A DNA stretch of 26,979 nt from assembly GCF_006345805.1 (NCBI RefSeq), contig NW_021835583.1, positions 1 through 26,979 of the forward strand. Reading direction: 5' to 3'. This document shows, piece by piece, positions 12,670 to 24,385 of the stretch. The position numbers and the translations under genes are program-made. The number at the start of each line of letters is the position of its first letter. Position 1 is the stretch's first letter. Below the pieces are notes generated by a model. It made no database searches and was not told the DNA's origin. It saw nothing but the letters and a program-made list of their open reading frames with translations. This DNA is from Octopus sinensis. Its lineage: Eukaryota.

Positions 12670-12769
12670 CTCAGCTACACGAGTTTCTTGAGGTTCTTTT
12701 ACGGTCCCTTAAGCACGCAGTGTTTTACAGGAATCTTTCTAAAAATTTAACCCAAATCATCAGGCCCTT
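12670..12769 (-). ncRNA. Decayed type I hammerhead with a long stem II
   Basis: Minus strand GGC-CTGATGA-TTTGGGTT...AACCTCAA-GAAAC-TCGT-GTA-GCT. The stem II base pairs at 7 of 8 positions; stem I has only 3 bp. Confidence 0.5.
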
Positions 12770-12904
12770 AAATAACTTAAATATCATAGTTCGATACCAA
12801 GTACTATATTTTAATTTTAACAGAAAAGTATGTGTATTTGTAAATAGATTCGCCGGACCTTACTGTGCAAGGCATGATTTAATTCAAATAAATTAATAAC
12901 AGTG

Positions 12905-13040
12905 AATTATGATTTTATTCAATATATTCCCCTCTCAGATTCACACACTTATTGCAGCGGTCCTTCAGTTTTTCTAAGCCCTGTAAAAGAACACGGAAAG
13001 TTGGGCCTCCAGCCAAGCCTTTCGTAAACCCCTTACAGCC
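12905..13040 (-). mobile_element. C-terminal fragment of a second mariner transposase
   Basis: WLEAQLSVFFYRA plus QGLEKLKDRCNKCVNLRGEYIE*, the typical mariner C-terminus (KC+..G.Y.E). Confidence 0.8.
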
Positions 13041-13053
13041 AGAAACTTTACAT

Positions 13054-13106
<53 letters not shown>

Positions 13107-13107
13107 T

Positions 13108-13310
13108 CTATTTGCCAACCAGTTGTGGCCGTCCTATACAGGACATTGCTACTGATATTATAGCCCCAGGTAGACATGTCCTCAGCTGGCTAACGACACA
13201 TATTCTATGTCCGGTTAGTATTTGCGAGCTATCTGAAACCTTACTTGATTTATACGGACTCGAGTTTCTGGGTGGTTACCCGTCCTCACATCCTCAGCGT
13301 GTGTTAGCTA
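13108..13310 (-). mobile_element. Copy 2 of the hammerhead-headed ~200-bp repeat
   Basis: Collinear homology with 12-222 in the opposite orientation; ends in a (TG)n tail on its own strand. Confidence 0.65.
13251..13303 (-). ncRNA. Minimal type I hammerhead ribozyme, partly degraded
   Basis: Minus strand CACACG-CTGAGGA-T(GTGAGGAC)GGGT-AACC-ACCC-A-GAAAC-TCGA-GTC-CGTATA. The core is intact, stem I has two mismatches and stem II carries a small insertion. Confidence 0.65.
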
Positions 13311-13380
13311 CCAGCTATATATGATATATGTATGTATACACAACCGCACATTTATATACATACATCAACACACACGCACG

Positions 13381-13422
<42 letters not shown>

Positions 13423-13539
13423 AATCATGTCAACGTCCGTAGTGTGTGCATGTATGTGTGACGGAGCGTTTGTATTTCCTAATGCGTCAGTATGTTTACA
13501 GTTATTCAGAAATATGTGCATTCCTTTACATTCACGTAC

Positions 13540-13660
13540 ATACAGGCACAGGCTTGGTGGTGTGCTAAGAGCTTTACCTCCCCACCACATGTCTCCAGGT
13601 TCACTTGCAATGCATGGCAGTCTGGTGAAGTATCTTCGTGTGTGGATTTCGGAGATGAAA
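13540..13660 (+). mobile_element. Highly degenerate SINE head
   Basis: GGCACAGGCTTGGTGGTGTGCTAAGAGCTTTACCTCCCCACCACATG aligns loosely to 24613-24680. Confidence 0.5.
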
Positions 13661-13661
13661 A

Positions 13662-13704
13662 CTACCTACTACCTACCTACCTACCTACCTACCTACCTAC
13701 CTAC

Positions 13705-13782
<78 letters not shown>

Positions 13783-13790
13783 GTCTGTCT
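13662..13790. repeat. (CCTA)n/(TCTA)n tetranucleotide array
   Basis: Direct reading of the sequence. Confidence 0.95.
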
Positions 13791-14129
13791 ATATGTTATC
13801 TAACATATAACAATATTGACCAAGGTTACCGTGGTCTTTTTTCGTAGGCTTTTCTTCCCATGGATAAACCTTACTTGCTTTCCCCTTTATACCTTACATC
13901 ATGACACTGATACACGACCCCTATTGATCGTTTTTTTTCCTCTTCCCCTTTTTTCCTCTTTTTTCTTCTTTTTTCATTTTCTTTTCTTTTGTTCCTTTTC
14001 CCTTTTCTCTTTTTTTCTTTTCTTTTTCTTTTTTTTTGTTCTTTTTCACTTTTACGATCCCTTTTGATCGAAAACCTATGCCACCTTTTTTTGTTTCTTT
14101 TGTTTTTTCTATCTACCAATCTATCTATG

Positions 14130-14330
14130 TGTGTGTTTGTTCGATCTCCACTATCTCTTGACAACCGATATTAGCTTGTTTACATCCAGATAATTTAACA
14201 TTTCAGCAAAAAGTTACCAATAAAAACATCACGTGTCTAAAAAATCGACCCCACCCACTCCCACAACAAACCCCACCAATAACCACCCCCAGCATGGCCG
14301 CTGTTCAATGACTGAGACAAAAATAAAGGG
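14130..14330 (+). mobile_element. Degenerate SINE 3' region
   Basis: CTTGACAACCGATATTAG...TTTACATCC and CCCCAGCATGGCCGCTGTTCAATGACTGAGACAA tail. Confidence 0.55.
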
Positions 14331-14529
14331 TTAAACAAGACACACATACTTACCCAGGAGTATACGCATTTAATTAGCCTACGTACACAAGCACATAGAT
14401 CACAAAACCTTAATACGCATTTTCTATATAGATATATATATATATATACATACGCACATTCAAACACACATACACACAAGCGCGCGCGCAGGTACACACA
14501 CAATGTGTTTATTTTTATTGTAATTTCAG

Positions 14530-14585
14530 GGCCACAGCTCAGTTTCATGGCGCTTGGCTGATACATCGGTGGCCATGCCGCAAAC
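14530..14585 (+). other. Candidate exon (56 nt)
   Basis: GC-rich island between TTTATTTTTATTGTAATTTCAG| and |GTATGA. Confidence 0.3.
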
Positions 14586-14669
14586 GTATGAATAAAACAA
14601 AATTATATAACGTTCTGTGTTTAACATTGTGCGCTTTCCTACTTGTAGACTAATAGGATTACCAGATCG

Positions 14670-15290
<621 letters not shown>

Positions 15291-15642
15291 ACAAACATAT
15301 GCTGTATGAATAACACAAATGAGTGATACGCCACGAGTTTAACAGGAAAGAGTAAAGATTAACATGACAGGAAAATATAACACAAGACTAGTTTTACGAG
15401 GAAAAATTACCTGCTAAAGTAAGCCTGGTGCTTTCTGATAAATCTAGGTTTACTCTTCCGTCTTCTGATGGTACATATATATATATAATTTGTTTACATA
15501 ACTCACTGGGAACCTTTTTTCATATGGCTTTATTATTATGATTTATTATTCTAAATTATGATTTATTATTCTAAAATTATTATTTTATTATTATTATATA
15601 TTTTTTTGTATTATTATTATTATTATTCTCATTATCATATCA

Positions 15643-15689
<47 letters not shown>

Positions 15690-15744
15690 ATCCATTAGAT
15701 CATTATTATTATATTAGATATTATTATTATATTATGAGAAACTT

Positions 15745-17632
15745 AGATAAACTTAGATGTTTCGACCAGGATTGGTCCAGGCCATGTCTACGAATAGCAC
15801 CACTGATAGGATTATTCGAATCCTGTTAAAGTCAAGTTTTGTTCAAGTAGTGAGTTCTTGTGGGGTGGTTGTATCCAATATGGGTGGCTTATCTGGTATC
15901 TTGAAGGAATCTATCCAGACTCTGTTTAAAGTTGATGGGATCAATTTTCCTCTTTGATCTCCCTCGGGACAAATGGTAAATAGGGCAGGGCCTGTTGAGG
16001 AAAAGAAATTATGTTGCAGTGTACATGTATGTTTGATCTTGGAATTGGCAGGGGACGATAGCCCGTGGTCCAAGTCTTGGATGAACCTTGAAGCTAATGG
16101 TTTTGTAGGGAGTTTGGGCAAAGTTGCGGTATATTTCCCAAGAATCGAGAGCAGCCATGCCTTCAATTTGTTTAGTGAGAGCCTCTGGGATGGGACTCAA
16201 TTCTGGAGATGTTTTGTCTTGTGTGAGGAGACCACAGTGGGCAGCAGTATTCAAGGTGTGGCCGTACAAAGGAGGAAAAAAGTGGTATGATGACCTTGTT
16301 CTCTGGACCGGAAAGTTCTTAAGATCCAGGAACTCATCCTACGAGCTATATCGACCTTCTTGTGATGTGTGCACTCCAACTGAGACGTCATCAACAATAC
16401 ACCCAGGTCTCTGAATTGTTAGAGGCTGTGAGCGGTTCCCAGGAAGGAAGAGTGTATGGTTGTTTTAGTGAGGAATTCTTCCAAAATGCATCAGCTCAAA
16501 TTTTCCCTCATTCAGTTGCATTTTGTTTCTGTCTGCCCATTGACTCACAGCATATAGATCAGACTGGAGTTGAGTTCGGTCTGCTTCTTCATTGACGATT
16601 TGTTGCTGGAGCTTAGTGTCATCAGCGAATATTTTCACTTTGCATGATGTCGACACTGGAAAGGTCGTTTACGTAAATTATGAAGAGTAGCGGACCCAAA
16701 CATTCTCTGGGAACACCGCTGTGACTTTTGCTGGGTTTGGAGTGGACTCCATCAACTACAACATGTTGTTTCTATTCGCCAGGAAATACTTAATCCAGTG
16801 TAGAACTTTTCCACGGATTCCAACAATTGCCATTTTGAGAGTAGGATGTTATGGTCTACCCTGTCGACGCTTTACTGAAGTCAAGATATATATGACGTCA
16901 GAGTTCGAACCTGTTCCCAAGGCTTTGAGTACATCTTCAATGTGATGTAAGAGCTGTGTTAGACAGTCCCTGCCACAGCGAAAGCCATGCTGATTTGAAT
17001 TAGGAGTTGTGGGTCTCCAGAAGTCAGCTATCCTTGATCTAACACTCTTTCAAAAACTTTAATGATGTGGGAGGTGAGTGAGATTGGGCGATAGTTGACT
17101 GCGAGGGATCTGTTTCCCTGTTTGAAAACCGGATGACCGACTGGGATAGAAACTGTTTCGGTATATAACCTGCGTCTAACGAATTTCTCCAGAGGTTGGT
17201 CAGAGGGACTGCAAGTTGATATCTACATTCCTTCAGGAGACTAGCGGGAAATCTATCAGGGCTTACAGCAGAGTAATTTTGACCTCATTTATTGCTGCTA
17301 CGATGTCGGTGGCATGAAGGTTATGTCTGCGATTTCATGTGGGAGTTAACTTCGTTCGTTTCCCTCACGTCAATATCAGTGGGAACACTGAAGACGAGCA
17401 GTATTGTTTCTGCCAGTATTTCTGCCATTCTTTAGCATCGTGTTGGGAATGCCGTTATCATCAATCAATGGTCCAATGGGTGAGACAGTGGTTCTATGCT
17501 TATTGCATATGAATAGAACACTTTTGGGTTCTGTTTGATGTTTTTGATTCCCATTGTTCCTCCACAGCTCTTTGATTTTCAATGGAGGTTTTCATGTTAG
17601 TCTGCAGATGAAGTTTTTCCAGCTCCAGTCTT
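15745..17632 (-). mobile_element. 5'-truncated CR1-like LINE with a frameshifted reverse transcriptase
   Basis: Minus frames give GFRCGRDCLTQLLHHIEDVLKAL...DVIYLDFSK, SGVPRECLGPLLFIIYVNDL, KVKIFADDTKL, HNFFSSTGPALF and IPDKPPI. The 3' tail CATGGCCTGGACCAATCCTGGTCGAAAC runs into (AAT)n at 15530-15735. Confidence 0.92.
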
Positions 17633-17668
17633 TTCATTATTATTATTATTATTATATTATTATTATTA

Positions 17669-17699
<31 letters not shown>

Positions 17700-17718
17700 G
17701 TTATATTATTATATTATT

Positions 17719-17771
<53 letters not shown>

Positions 17772-18094
17772 CCTTATTATTATTATCGTTATGTTATTAT
17801 TCATATTTTATTATTATCATCATCATCATTATTATCATTATCATTATATTATTATTATTAGTATTATCATCATCATCATTATTATCATTATTATATTATC
17901 ATTTTTTATTATTATTATTGTTATTATATATTATTATTATTATCATCATATTGTTATTATTATTAGAATTATTTTATTATATTATTATTATTTTATTATC
18001 ATCATTATTATATTATTATTATTATTATAATTATTATCATTATTTCATATTATGCAGTATTATATTATTATTATTATTATTATTAATATTATTA

Positions 18095-18142
<48 letters not shown>

Positions 18143-18309
18143 ATTATTATTATTATCATCATTATTATTATTATTATTATTATGATCATCATCATCATAT
18201 TATTATTATTATATTATATTATTATTACTATTATTATTATTATTATTATTATAGTTATTAGTATTATGTTATTGGTTAGTATTATTGTGTATTATTATTA
18301 ATACTATTA

Positions 18310-18356
<47 letters not shown>

Positions 18357-18467
18357 TATTATTATCATCATCACATTATTCTTATCATCATCATTATTCT
18401 TATCATCATCATCATTATTATTATTATATTATTATTATTATTATTAGAATTATTATTATTATATTAT

Positions 18468-18527
<60 letters not shown>

Positions 18528-19062
18528 ATATTATTATTATTATTATCATCATCATCATTATATATTATTATTATATTCTATTATATTATTATTATCATCA
18601 TCATCATTATTATTATCATCATCATTATTATTATCATCATCATTATTATTATCATCATCTCATTATTATTATTATTATTATTATATTATTATTATTCATT
18701 TATATTAATATTATCATTATTATTATTATTATTTTATTATATATCATCAACATCATTATTATTATCATCATCATATTATTATTATTATTATTATTATATC
18801 ATTCATCATTATTATTATCATCATCATCATCATTATTATTATTATTAGATTATTATTATCATTCATTATTATCATTATTTTATTATTATCATCATCATCA
18901 TTATAATCATTATTATATTATTATTATTAATCATTATTATTATTATTATTTTATTATTATTATCATTAGTATTATTATATTATTAATCATTAATCATTAT
19001 TCATTATTATTATTATTATTATATTATTAATCATTATTATTATTATTATATTATTATAATAT
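17633..19062. repeat. ~1.4-kb (ATT)n/(ATC)n degenerate array
   Basis: Direct reading of the sequence. Confidence 0.95.
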
Positions 19063-19076
19063 ATTCTCCTCGGTAG

Positions 19077-19117
19077 CATGTTTCTATTGTCTGCCTGTGC
19101 TGCATAACCGGGCACAA
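19077..19117 (+). other. Candidate exon (41 nt)
   Basis: ATTCTCCTCGGTAG| acceptor and a strong CAA|GTGAGT donor. Confidence 0.3.
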
Positions 19118-19213
19118 GTGAGTGTGACTTGAGTAGCATTCTTGGCAAGCTCATTCGATTAAGAAATGACTGACGTGCTGAGAGTGATGCGCTTGTTTCA
19201 GTGTTATAAATAA

Positions 19214-19604
19214 CTAGCAGTATCGCCGGCGCTTGCTCGGGTTGGTAAGGAAATAACTATAGAGCAAAACATTTTAGAGAGTTTTAGCCAAAAAATAGCA
19301 AAAAAGGCATTTAAAAATGGAAAAAAATTATGGTAATTTTTAAATCGTTGCACTCATCGTAGACATTTTTAGAGAGTTACTTCCCTTATATAATAGCGAA
19401 AAAAAATGCATTAAAATGAAAAAATGATGTTAATTATTTTAAAAATCGTAGACTCATCGTAGACGCGCGCTAATACCCAGAAGGCTTGATATGAATCACG
19501 ACTATAAGATACCCGGTTTGGTTAAACTGCACCGCAAATGTGGAGTAGTTATTAATCTAAATCGTAGGAGACAGACACCATAACTTGACTTTTATATATA
19601 AAGA
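19214..19604 (-). mobile_element. Non-autonomous Helitron-like element
   Basis: Minus strand starts TCTTTATATATAAAAG and ends in a GC-rich imperfect hairpin (CCCGAGCAAGCGCCGG) followed by CTAG; inserted between A and T with no TSD. Confidence 0.8.
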
Positions 19605-19661
19605 TATTACTACAGAAGATATCTACAGATTTTCAGCCGCGTCCTACACCAGCAACAACAG

Positions 19662-20520
19662 TGGAGGCGCAATGGCCCAGTGGTTAAGGCAGCGGAGTCG
19701 CGGTCGGAGGATCGCGGTTTCAATTCCCAGACGTTGTGTGTGTTTATTGAGCGAAAACACCTAAAGCTCCACGACGCTCCGGCAGGGTGTGGTGGCGGCG
19801 ACCCCTGTTGTACTCTTTCGCCCCCAACTTTCTCTCACTCTTTCTTCCTGTTTCTTTTCCCCGACTTCCTACGCAACCGCTGAGCATGGATGCGCATTCA
19901 TCCATCCGCCGATGCTCTCGGTGTCGGGGGTTGACCTGCTTTCTCTTCTGCGGGTCTTACGAATAGCAAAGGACAAACGTTTCGGACTTCTAGCGAAAAC
20001 ACCTAAAGCTCTACGAGGCTCCGGCAGGGGTTGGCGGCGACCCCCTGTTGTACTCTTTCGCCCCCAACTTTCTCTCACTCTTTCTTCCTGTTTCTTCTCC
20101 CCGACTTCCTACGCAACCGCTGAGCCTGGATGCGCATTCATCCATCCGCCGATGCTCTCGGTGTCGGGGGTTGACCTGCTTTCTCTTCTGCGGGTCTTAC
20201 GAATAGCAAAGGACAAACGTTTCGGACTTCTAGCGAAAACACCTAAAGCTCTACGAGGCTCCGGCAGGGGTTGGCGGCGACCTCCTGTTGTACTCTTTCG
20301 CCCCCAACTTTCTCTCACTCTTTCTTCCTGTTTCTTCTCCCCGACTTCCTACGCAACCGCTGAGCCTGGATGCGCATTCATCCATCCGCCGATGCTCTCG
20401 GTGTCGGGGGTTGACCTGCTTTCTCTTCTGCGGGTCTTACGAATAGCAAAGGACAAACGTTTCGGACTTCTCCCACTGCGAGCACTGGGACGAAGACCGC
20501 TTCGCTCAACAAATAAACAA
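19662..20520 (+). mobile_element. tRNA(Arg)-like SINE whose body is triplicated (240-bp period)
   Basis: A-box TGGCCCAGTGG, B-box-like GGTTTCAATTCCC; AGCGAAAACACCTAAAGC at 19750, 19992 and 20232; the tail and (AAC)n/(CTA)n follow copy 3 only. Confidence 0.9.
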
Positions 20521-21127
20521 ACAGCAACAACAACAACTACTACTACACTACTACTACTACTACTACGAAGGATGTACTCAGATGTGAACACACACACACA
20601 CACACATTTATATACAATATAATCTTGCACAGAAAAATTACTTTCTGTCTTGTGATGGGGATTCATTTGTGACCGAGTGACCTCTTTAACTGTTTTTGGA
20701 TATGCTTTTCATATATCTGTTATTGCTATGGGCTTCCATAAAACGGAACTAACCGATTTGCATACATAACGCTTCCGTGGAGGCGAGTTGAATATAAAGA
20801 CGTGACGTTCACATTTGCCAGTTATATAGCATGCTTCTTAAAATATATTGATATATAGGCTAAGAGGGGTTAAGAGAAGACAGAGTGAAAAATATATTGG
20901 CTTCTTAAATTAATCAGAAATTTGGTGGAAGTTAGTCGATTAAATTGACTCAAATGCTTGAGTGATACTTTATCAACCTTTAATAAAATAAAATCAAAGC
21001 TGACCTCAGATATAAGCAGAGAGCACAAAATAGCAGATGAAATACCGCAAATCAATTTTGTTCGATTACGTGGAGTCAGTGAAATATAGGTTTTATTAAA
21101 AAGCAACGAACAATGCTAAGATAAAAT

Positions 21128-21229
21128 TAAAGTACCAGTCAAATGCCGGAGTCGATGTAACCGACTAGGCACATACCCTCAAATTTACTGGCTTTGTGCC
21201 AATATTAGAAAAAGAACATTATTATTATT
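21128..21229 (+). mobile_element. Degenerate SINE tail ending in (ATT)n
   Basis: AAGTACCAGTCAAATGCCGGAGTCGATGTAACCGACT...GGCTTTGTGCCAA resembles the tails at 6120-6150 and 23500-23560. Confidence 0.5.
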
Positions 21230-21769
21230 CTATGTTTGACTTTTGCTTTACATTTGTACAAGTTGGCTCCAAGTCTCACCCAGAGACCTCAAGAGACAAC
21301 AAGTTGGAAGTTCATGTTGGTGTTATGCCTAGTGTGCCATATATTTGGTTTTGTACTTGGTGTTGTACTAGTGAATGTCTAAAAACCATACGAAAATTGT
21401 TTGTTTTAAAACTTGAGATTACGTAGAAAGTATTTTGCGTAAGATAGCAGTTCCCATGAGCACTATCTTTTGAATTTCTGCCATTCTGGGGTTTCCTGGT
21501 ATCTGAGTTAGGTAGCAATCAGCTCCTTTTGCTATCATTCCCAGGGCACCTATGACAACAGGTATTGTTTTAGTCTTCAGATTCCACATTTTGCTGATTT
21601 CTATTTCAAGATCTTTATATTTGCTCAGTTTTTGGTAGGTCTCAACAGATACGTTTATATCGATTGGGCAGTCATATCAATGAGGAGGCATGTTCTTTGT
21701 CGGAAGTCTTTCAATATGACGTCTGGCCTATTTGCATCTATCTTTCTGTCAGTTTGAATGGTGAAGTTC

Positions 21770-21770
<1 letters not shown>
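21230..21770 (-). mobile_element. 3' end of RLE-type (R4/Dong-like) LINE, family A
   Basis: WNFTIQTDRKIDANRPDVILKDFRQRTCLLIDMT...QKLSKYKDLEIEISKMWNLKTKTIPVVIGALG (PD..D and KxxKY restriction-like endonuclease motifs), then a 3' UTR ending in (AAT)n. Confidence 0.85.
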
Positions 21771-21844
<74 letters not shown>

Positions 21845-21870
21845 ATTATTATTATTATTATTATTATTAC

Positions 21871-22613
21871 CTTTTTTTTTCTTCTTTCAAATTTGCTTCC
21901 ATTTCTTGCCGGGTTACTTCCCGACTCCTAGGGCAAAGAAACTCATAGTATACATTGGTAGGCCATTAAACCAAACTCAGTAGTTCGTTCATTTTTTTTT
22001 TTTTTTTTTTTTTTAAAGTTAAATTAAAATACATGAGCAGCAACAGTTCTCACATCGACAATGCTCTTCTCAATACGTGTGATGTACCAGTTAAGACAAT
22101 CTTTTGCACTTCTTGCAGGGATGGTAAGCCAGGGATCATTCTCATATAATTTTCGGTTCCCTTCTTGATCATACTAGTGCTCCTACGATCACTGGTATTG
22201 TAACCGCCTTGAGATGCTACATTTTCTCAATTTCAATGAGTAGGTCTTTATATTTTCTGAGCTTGTCAACTCTTTCGCTGAGATATTATGATCACAGGGG
22301 ATACTCTTGTCGATCAATAAGCAAACTTTATTGTTTGGTCTTTCACAACAATATCTGGTTTATTGGCCTTGATGGGTCGGTCTGTATGTACTGGAAAGTC
22401 CCACAGAATGGTTACAATTTTCTCCTTCAGTTACAGCCTCAGGGTGGTGATTATACCACTTGTCGGCAGTTTTGATAATGTAATGCCGACTTATTAGCCA
22501 GTGGAGATATTGGCCAACTCTGTCATGTCTTAATTTATACTCCACTGGCGCTAAGACTTTACATCCAGAGATTAGACTTTACATCCAGAGATTAGACTTT
22601 ACATCCAGAGATT
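21871..22613 (-). mobile_element. 3' end of RLE-type (R4/Dong-like) LINE, family B
   Basis: ISGCKVLAPVEYKLRHDRVGQYLHW...WYNHHPEAVTEGE, ANKPDIVVKD, DKLRKYKDLLIEIEKM, IPVIVGAL and LQEVQKIVLTGTSHVLRRAL*; (AAT)n tail at 21771-21870. Confidence 0.87.
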
Positions 22614-22805
22614 AGATATTATTATTATTATTATTAGAGATTAGTATTTTATTATTATTCTTATTATTATTATCATTATTATTATTAATTATTTTATTAT
22701 TATTATTATTATTATATTAATTATTATTATTATGATTATTATTATTATTATTATCATTATTATTATCATTGTTATTATCGTTATTCTAATATTATTATTA
22801 TTATT

Positions 22806-23245
22806 GAGTGAGAGAGCAGTTCATGCCATCAAAGTGACACTGGTGTAAAATATACGAAGCCCATATACCCATCATGACTACCCGTCTGATAAGGGTACAC
22901 CAGGCACATGCATCACAACCATATGTGCGCGACATGGTGATCTCATATCAAGATAAACAGCACATGACCTGCAGTGGGGCCCAGTTAGAATTTTCTTCAG
23001 GTTGGGTAGCCCATCCCGCTCAAAGGTCCCCCTGAATAAGGGTTGTTTAAGGATGTTGAAAGAACCACCCATGTTTCCAGAGGTGAATTATTCAAACCCC
23101 AAGAATCCCTCTCAACACATGGCTATGATGCTCCCCCACTACTTCTGCTCGTGATCAGAGATGCACATATCGTCAGCACCAAGGGACATGCTCACTGGTT
23201 AAGTCAAACACTGACAAACAAATCTGTGGTATTGAGGCAGAATAT
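22806..23245 (-). mobile_element. ~440-bp retroposon-like repeat flanked by (ATT)n (SINE or LINE UTR; class uncertain)
   Basis: Non-coding, GC-richer block between two (ATT)n arrays; recalled as an abundant octopus repeat. Strand is inferred from the (AAT)n tail only. Confidence 0.55.
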
Positions 23246-23276
23246 TTTATTATTATTATTATTATTATCATCATCA

Positions 23277-23331
<55 letters not shown>

Positions 23332-23374
23332 TAATATTACAATTATTATCCATTCAAGGCGATGCACAGTAAAC

Positions 23375-23560
23375 ACGTTACCATAGGAGAAACTGACTCG
23401 TATAATTTTTTGCAATTTCTTTACGTTCTGCGTTCGTATCCAACCAAAGTCAATCTTGCGTTTTGTCCATCTGGGATCGATAAAGCACCAACCAAACACC
23501 TGGGTTGATTTAATCGACAAATACGCTTCCCCAAAAAATTTTTGGCTTTGTGCCAATCTT
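23375..23560 (-). mobile_element. Degenerate SINE-related fragment(s)
   Basis: TTTACGTTCTGCGTTCG...GTCAATCTTGCGTTTTGTCCATCTGGGATCGATAAAGCACC resembles the body of the 6003-6212 family; orientation is uncertain (the matches read on +). Confidence 0.45.
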
Positions 23561-23673
23561 AGAAGCCATTATTTTATTCTGTTTTCACTTCACAATTTCT
23601 TTTCTAGAACCCCTTTCTTGCTGGCTGTTTTTTTCTTGCTTTACCTTTTTTTCTATTTCCTTTTGTTCCAGAT

Positions 23674-23721
<48 letters not shown>

Positions 23722-23749
23722 CCTCTTTATCTCTCTTTCTTCCTTGCAG

Positions 23750-23853
23750 TTTCTTATTTGTTAGTAAATCCAGCCTGATGATAGTAAACGATGTCTCACA
23801 GGACGTTGGCCTATTGCAAACAGCAGCAGAATATTTACCTGCTTCTTGCAGAG
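23750..23853 (+). other. Candidate exon (104 nt)
   Basis: Long (CT)n polypyrimidine tract then TTGCAG|; donor GAG|GTATAT. One frame is open: FLFVSKSSLMIVNDVSQDVGLLQTAAEYLPASCR. Confidence 0.35.
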
Positions 23854-24159
23854 GTATATTTAGGTTTCATATCGTTTTATGTCTTAAATGGATATACAAG
23901 ATATCATGTAGAGTGCAAAAAAAAGACCCTAAAAAAAAAAAAAGCTATCAGAAACAGTCCGTGCGTCTGTGAGCACGCACATGGGTGTATGTGGGAGTGT
24001 GTTGTGTGTGTATGTTTATGAACAGGCGTCATCGTGTGCATACACACACATACATGTGTATGTCTGTATACACACACACACACACACACACACATATGTA
24101 TATATGTATAGAGTGCTTGAAGTGGTGTACATATAATGTATATTCTTCTCTGATCTAGA

Positions 24160-24232
24160 CACAAGGCCCGAAATTTTGGGGTGGGGGCCAGTCGATTAGA
24201 TCGACCCCAGTACGTAACTGGTACTTAATTCC
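24160..24232 (-). mobile_element. SINE tail fragment
   Basis: CAGTCGATTAGATCGACCCCAGTACGTAACTGGTACTTAAT is the reverse complement of the SINE tail. Confidence 0.65.
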
Positions 24233-24318
24233 TTTTCTGCTACCATAAAGATCTCCCTGAAGTAACACACTTTTTACGTCGGTAAAAAAAAACAACGAAT
24301 CCACGACGACTCAAATTA

Positions 24319-24385
24319 GCTACATACGCGTTTCGGGATTAAAGTAAAGTTATATTTACTACTTATTTCAACTCTTCAGTGCAGC
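24319..24385 (-). ncRNA. Type I hammerhead ribozyme with extended stem II and palindromic ACGCGT stem III
   Basis: Minus strand GCTGCA-CTGAAGA-G...AGTAAA/TTTACT...C-GAAAC-GC-GTA-TGTAGC. Stem I has 6 bp (one G.U), G10.1-C11.1 is present, and cleavage is predicted between 24325 and 24324. Confidence 0.75.

Noticed and set aside
12800-12835. 4-nt microexon TTTAACAG|AAAA|GTATGT
   Set aside because: Such short AG/GT pairs are expected by chance in AT-rich DNA, with no other support.
19860-20510. HDV-like or hammerhead ribozyme in the triplicated SINE body
   Set aside because: Hairpins exist, but I could not build the nested double pseudoknot or find a CUGANGA/GAAA pair on either strand.
19789-20622. 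277-aa ORF with three internal repeats
   Set aside because: By-product of the 240-bp (multiple of 3) SINE triplication.
20870-21110. Protein-looking stretch (LKCLSDTLSTFNKIKSKLTSDISREHKIADEIPQINFVRLRGVSEI and its antisense ORF)
   Set aside because: Bounded by stops, lacks convincing splice sites and matches no family I recognise.
22554-22617. Short direct repeats as a CRISPR-like array
   Set aside because: No spacers, eukaryotic context, and the unit is LINE coding sequence.
22960-23060. HDV-like fold in the 440-bp repeat
   Set aside because: The P1/P2/P4-like pairings are loose, and the catalytic C and typical L3 are missing.
23770-23810. CTGATGA-TAGTAAAC-GAT-GTC
   Set aside because: Lacks G12 and stem I complementarity.
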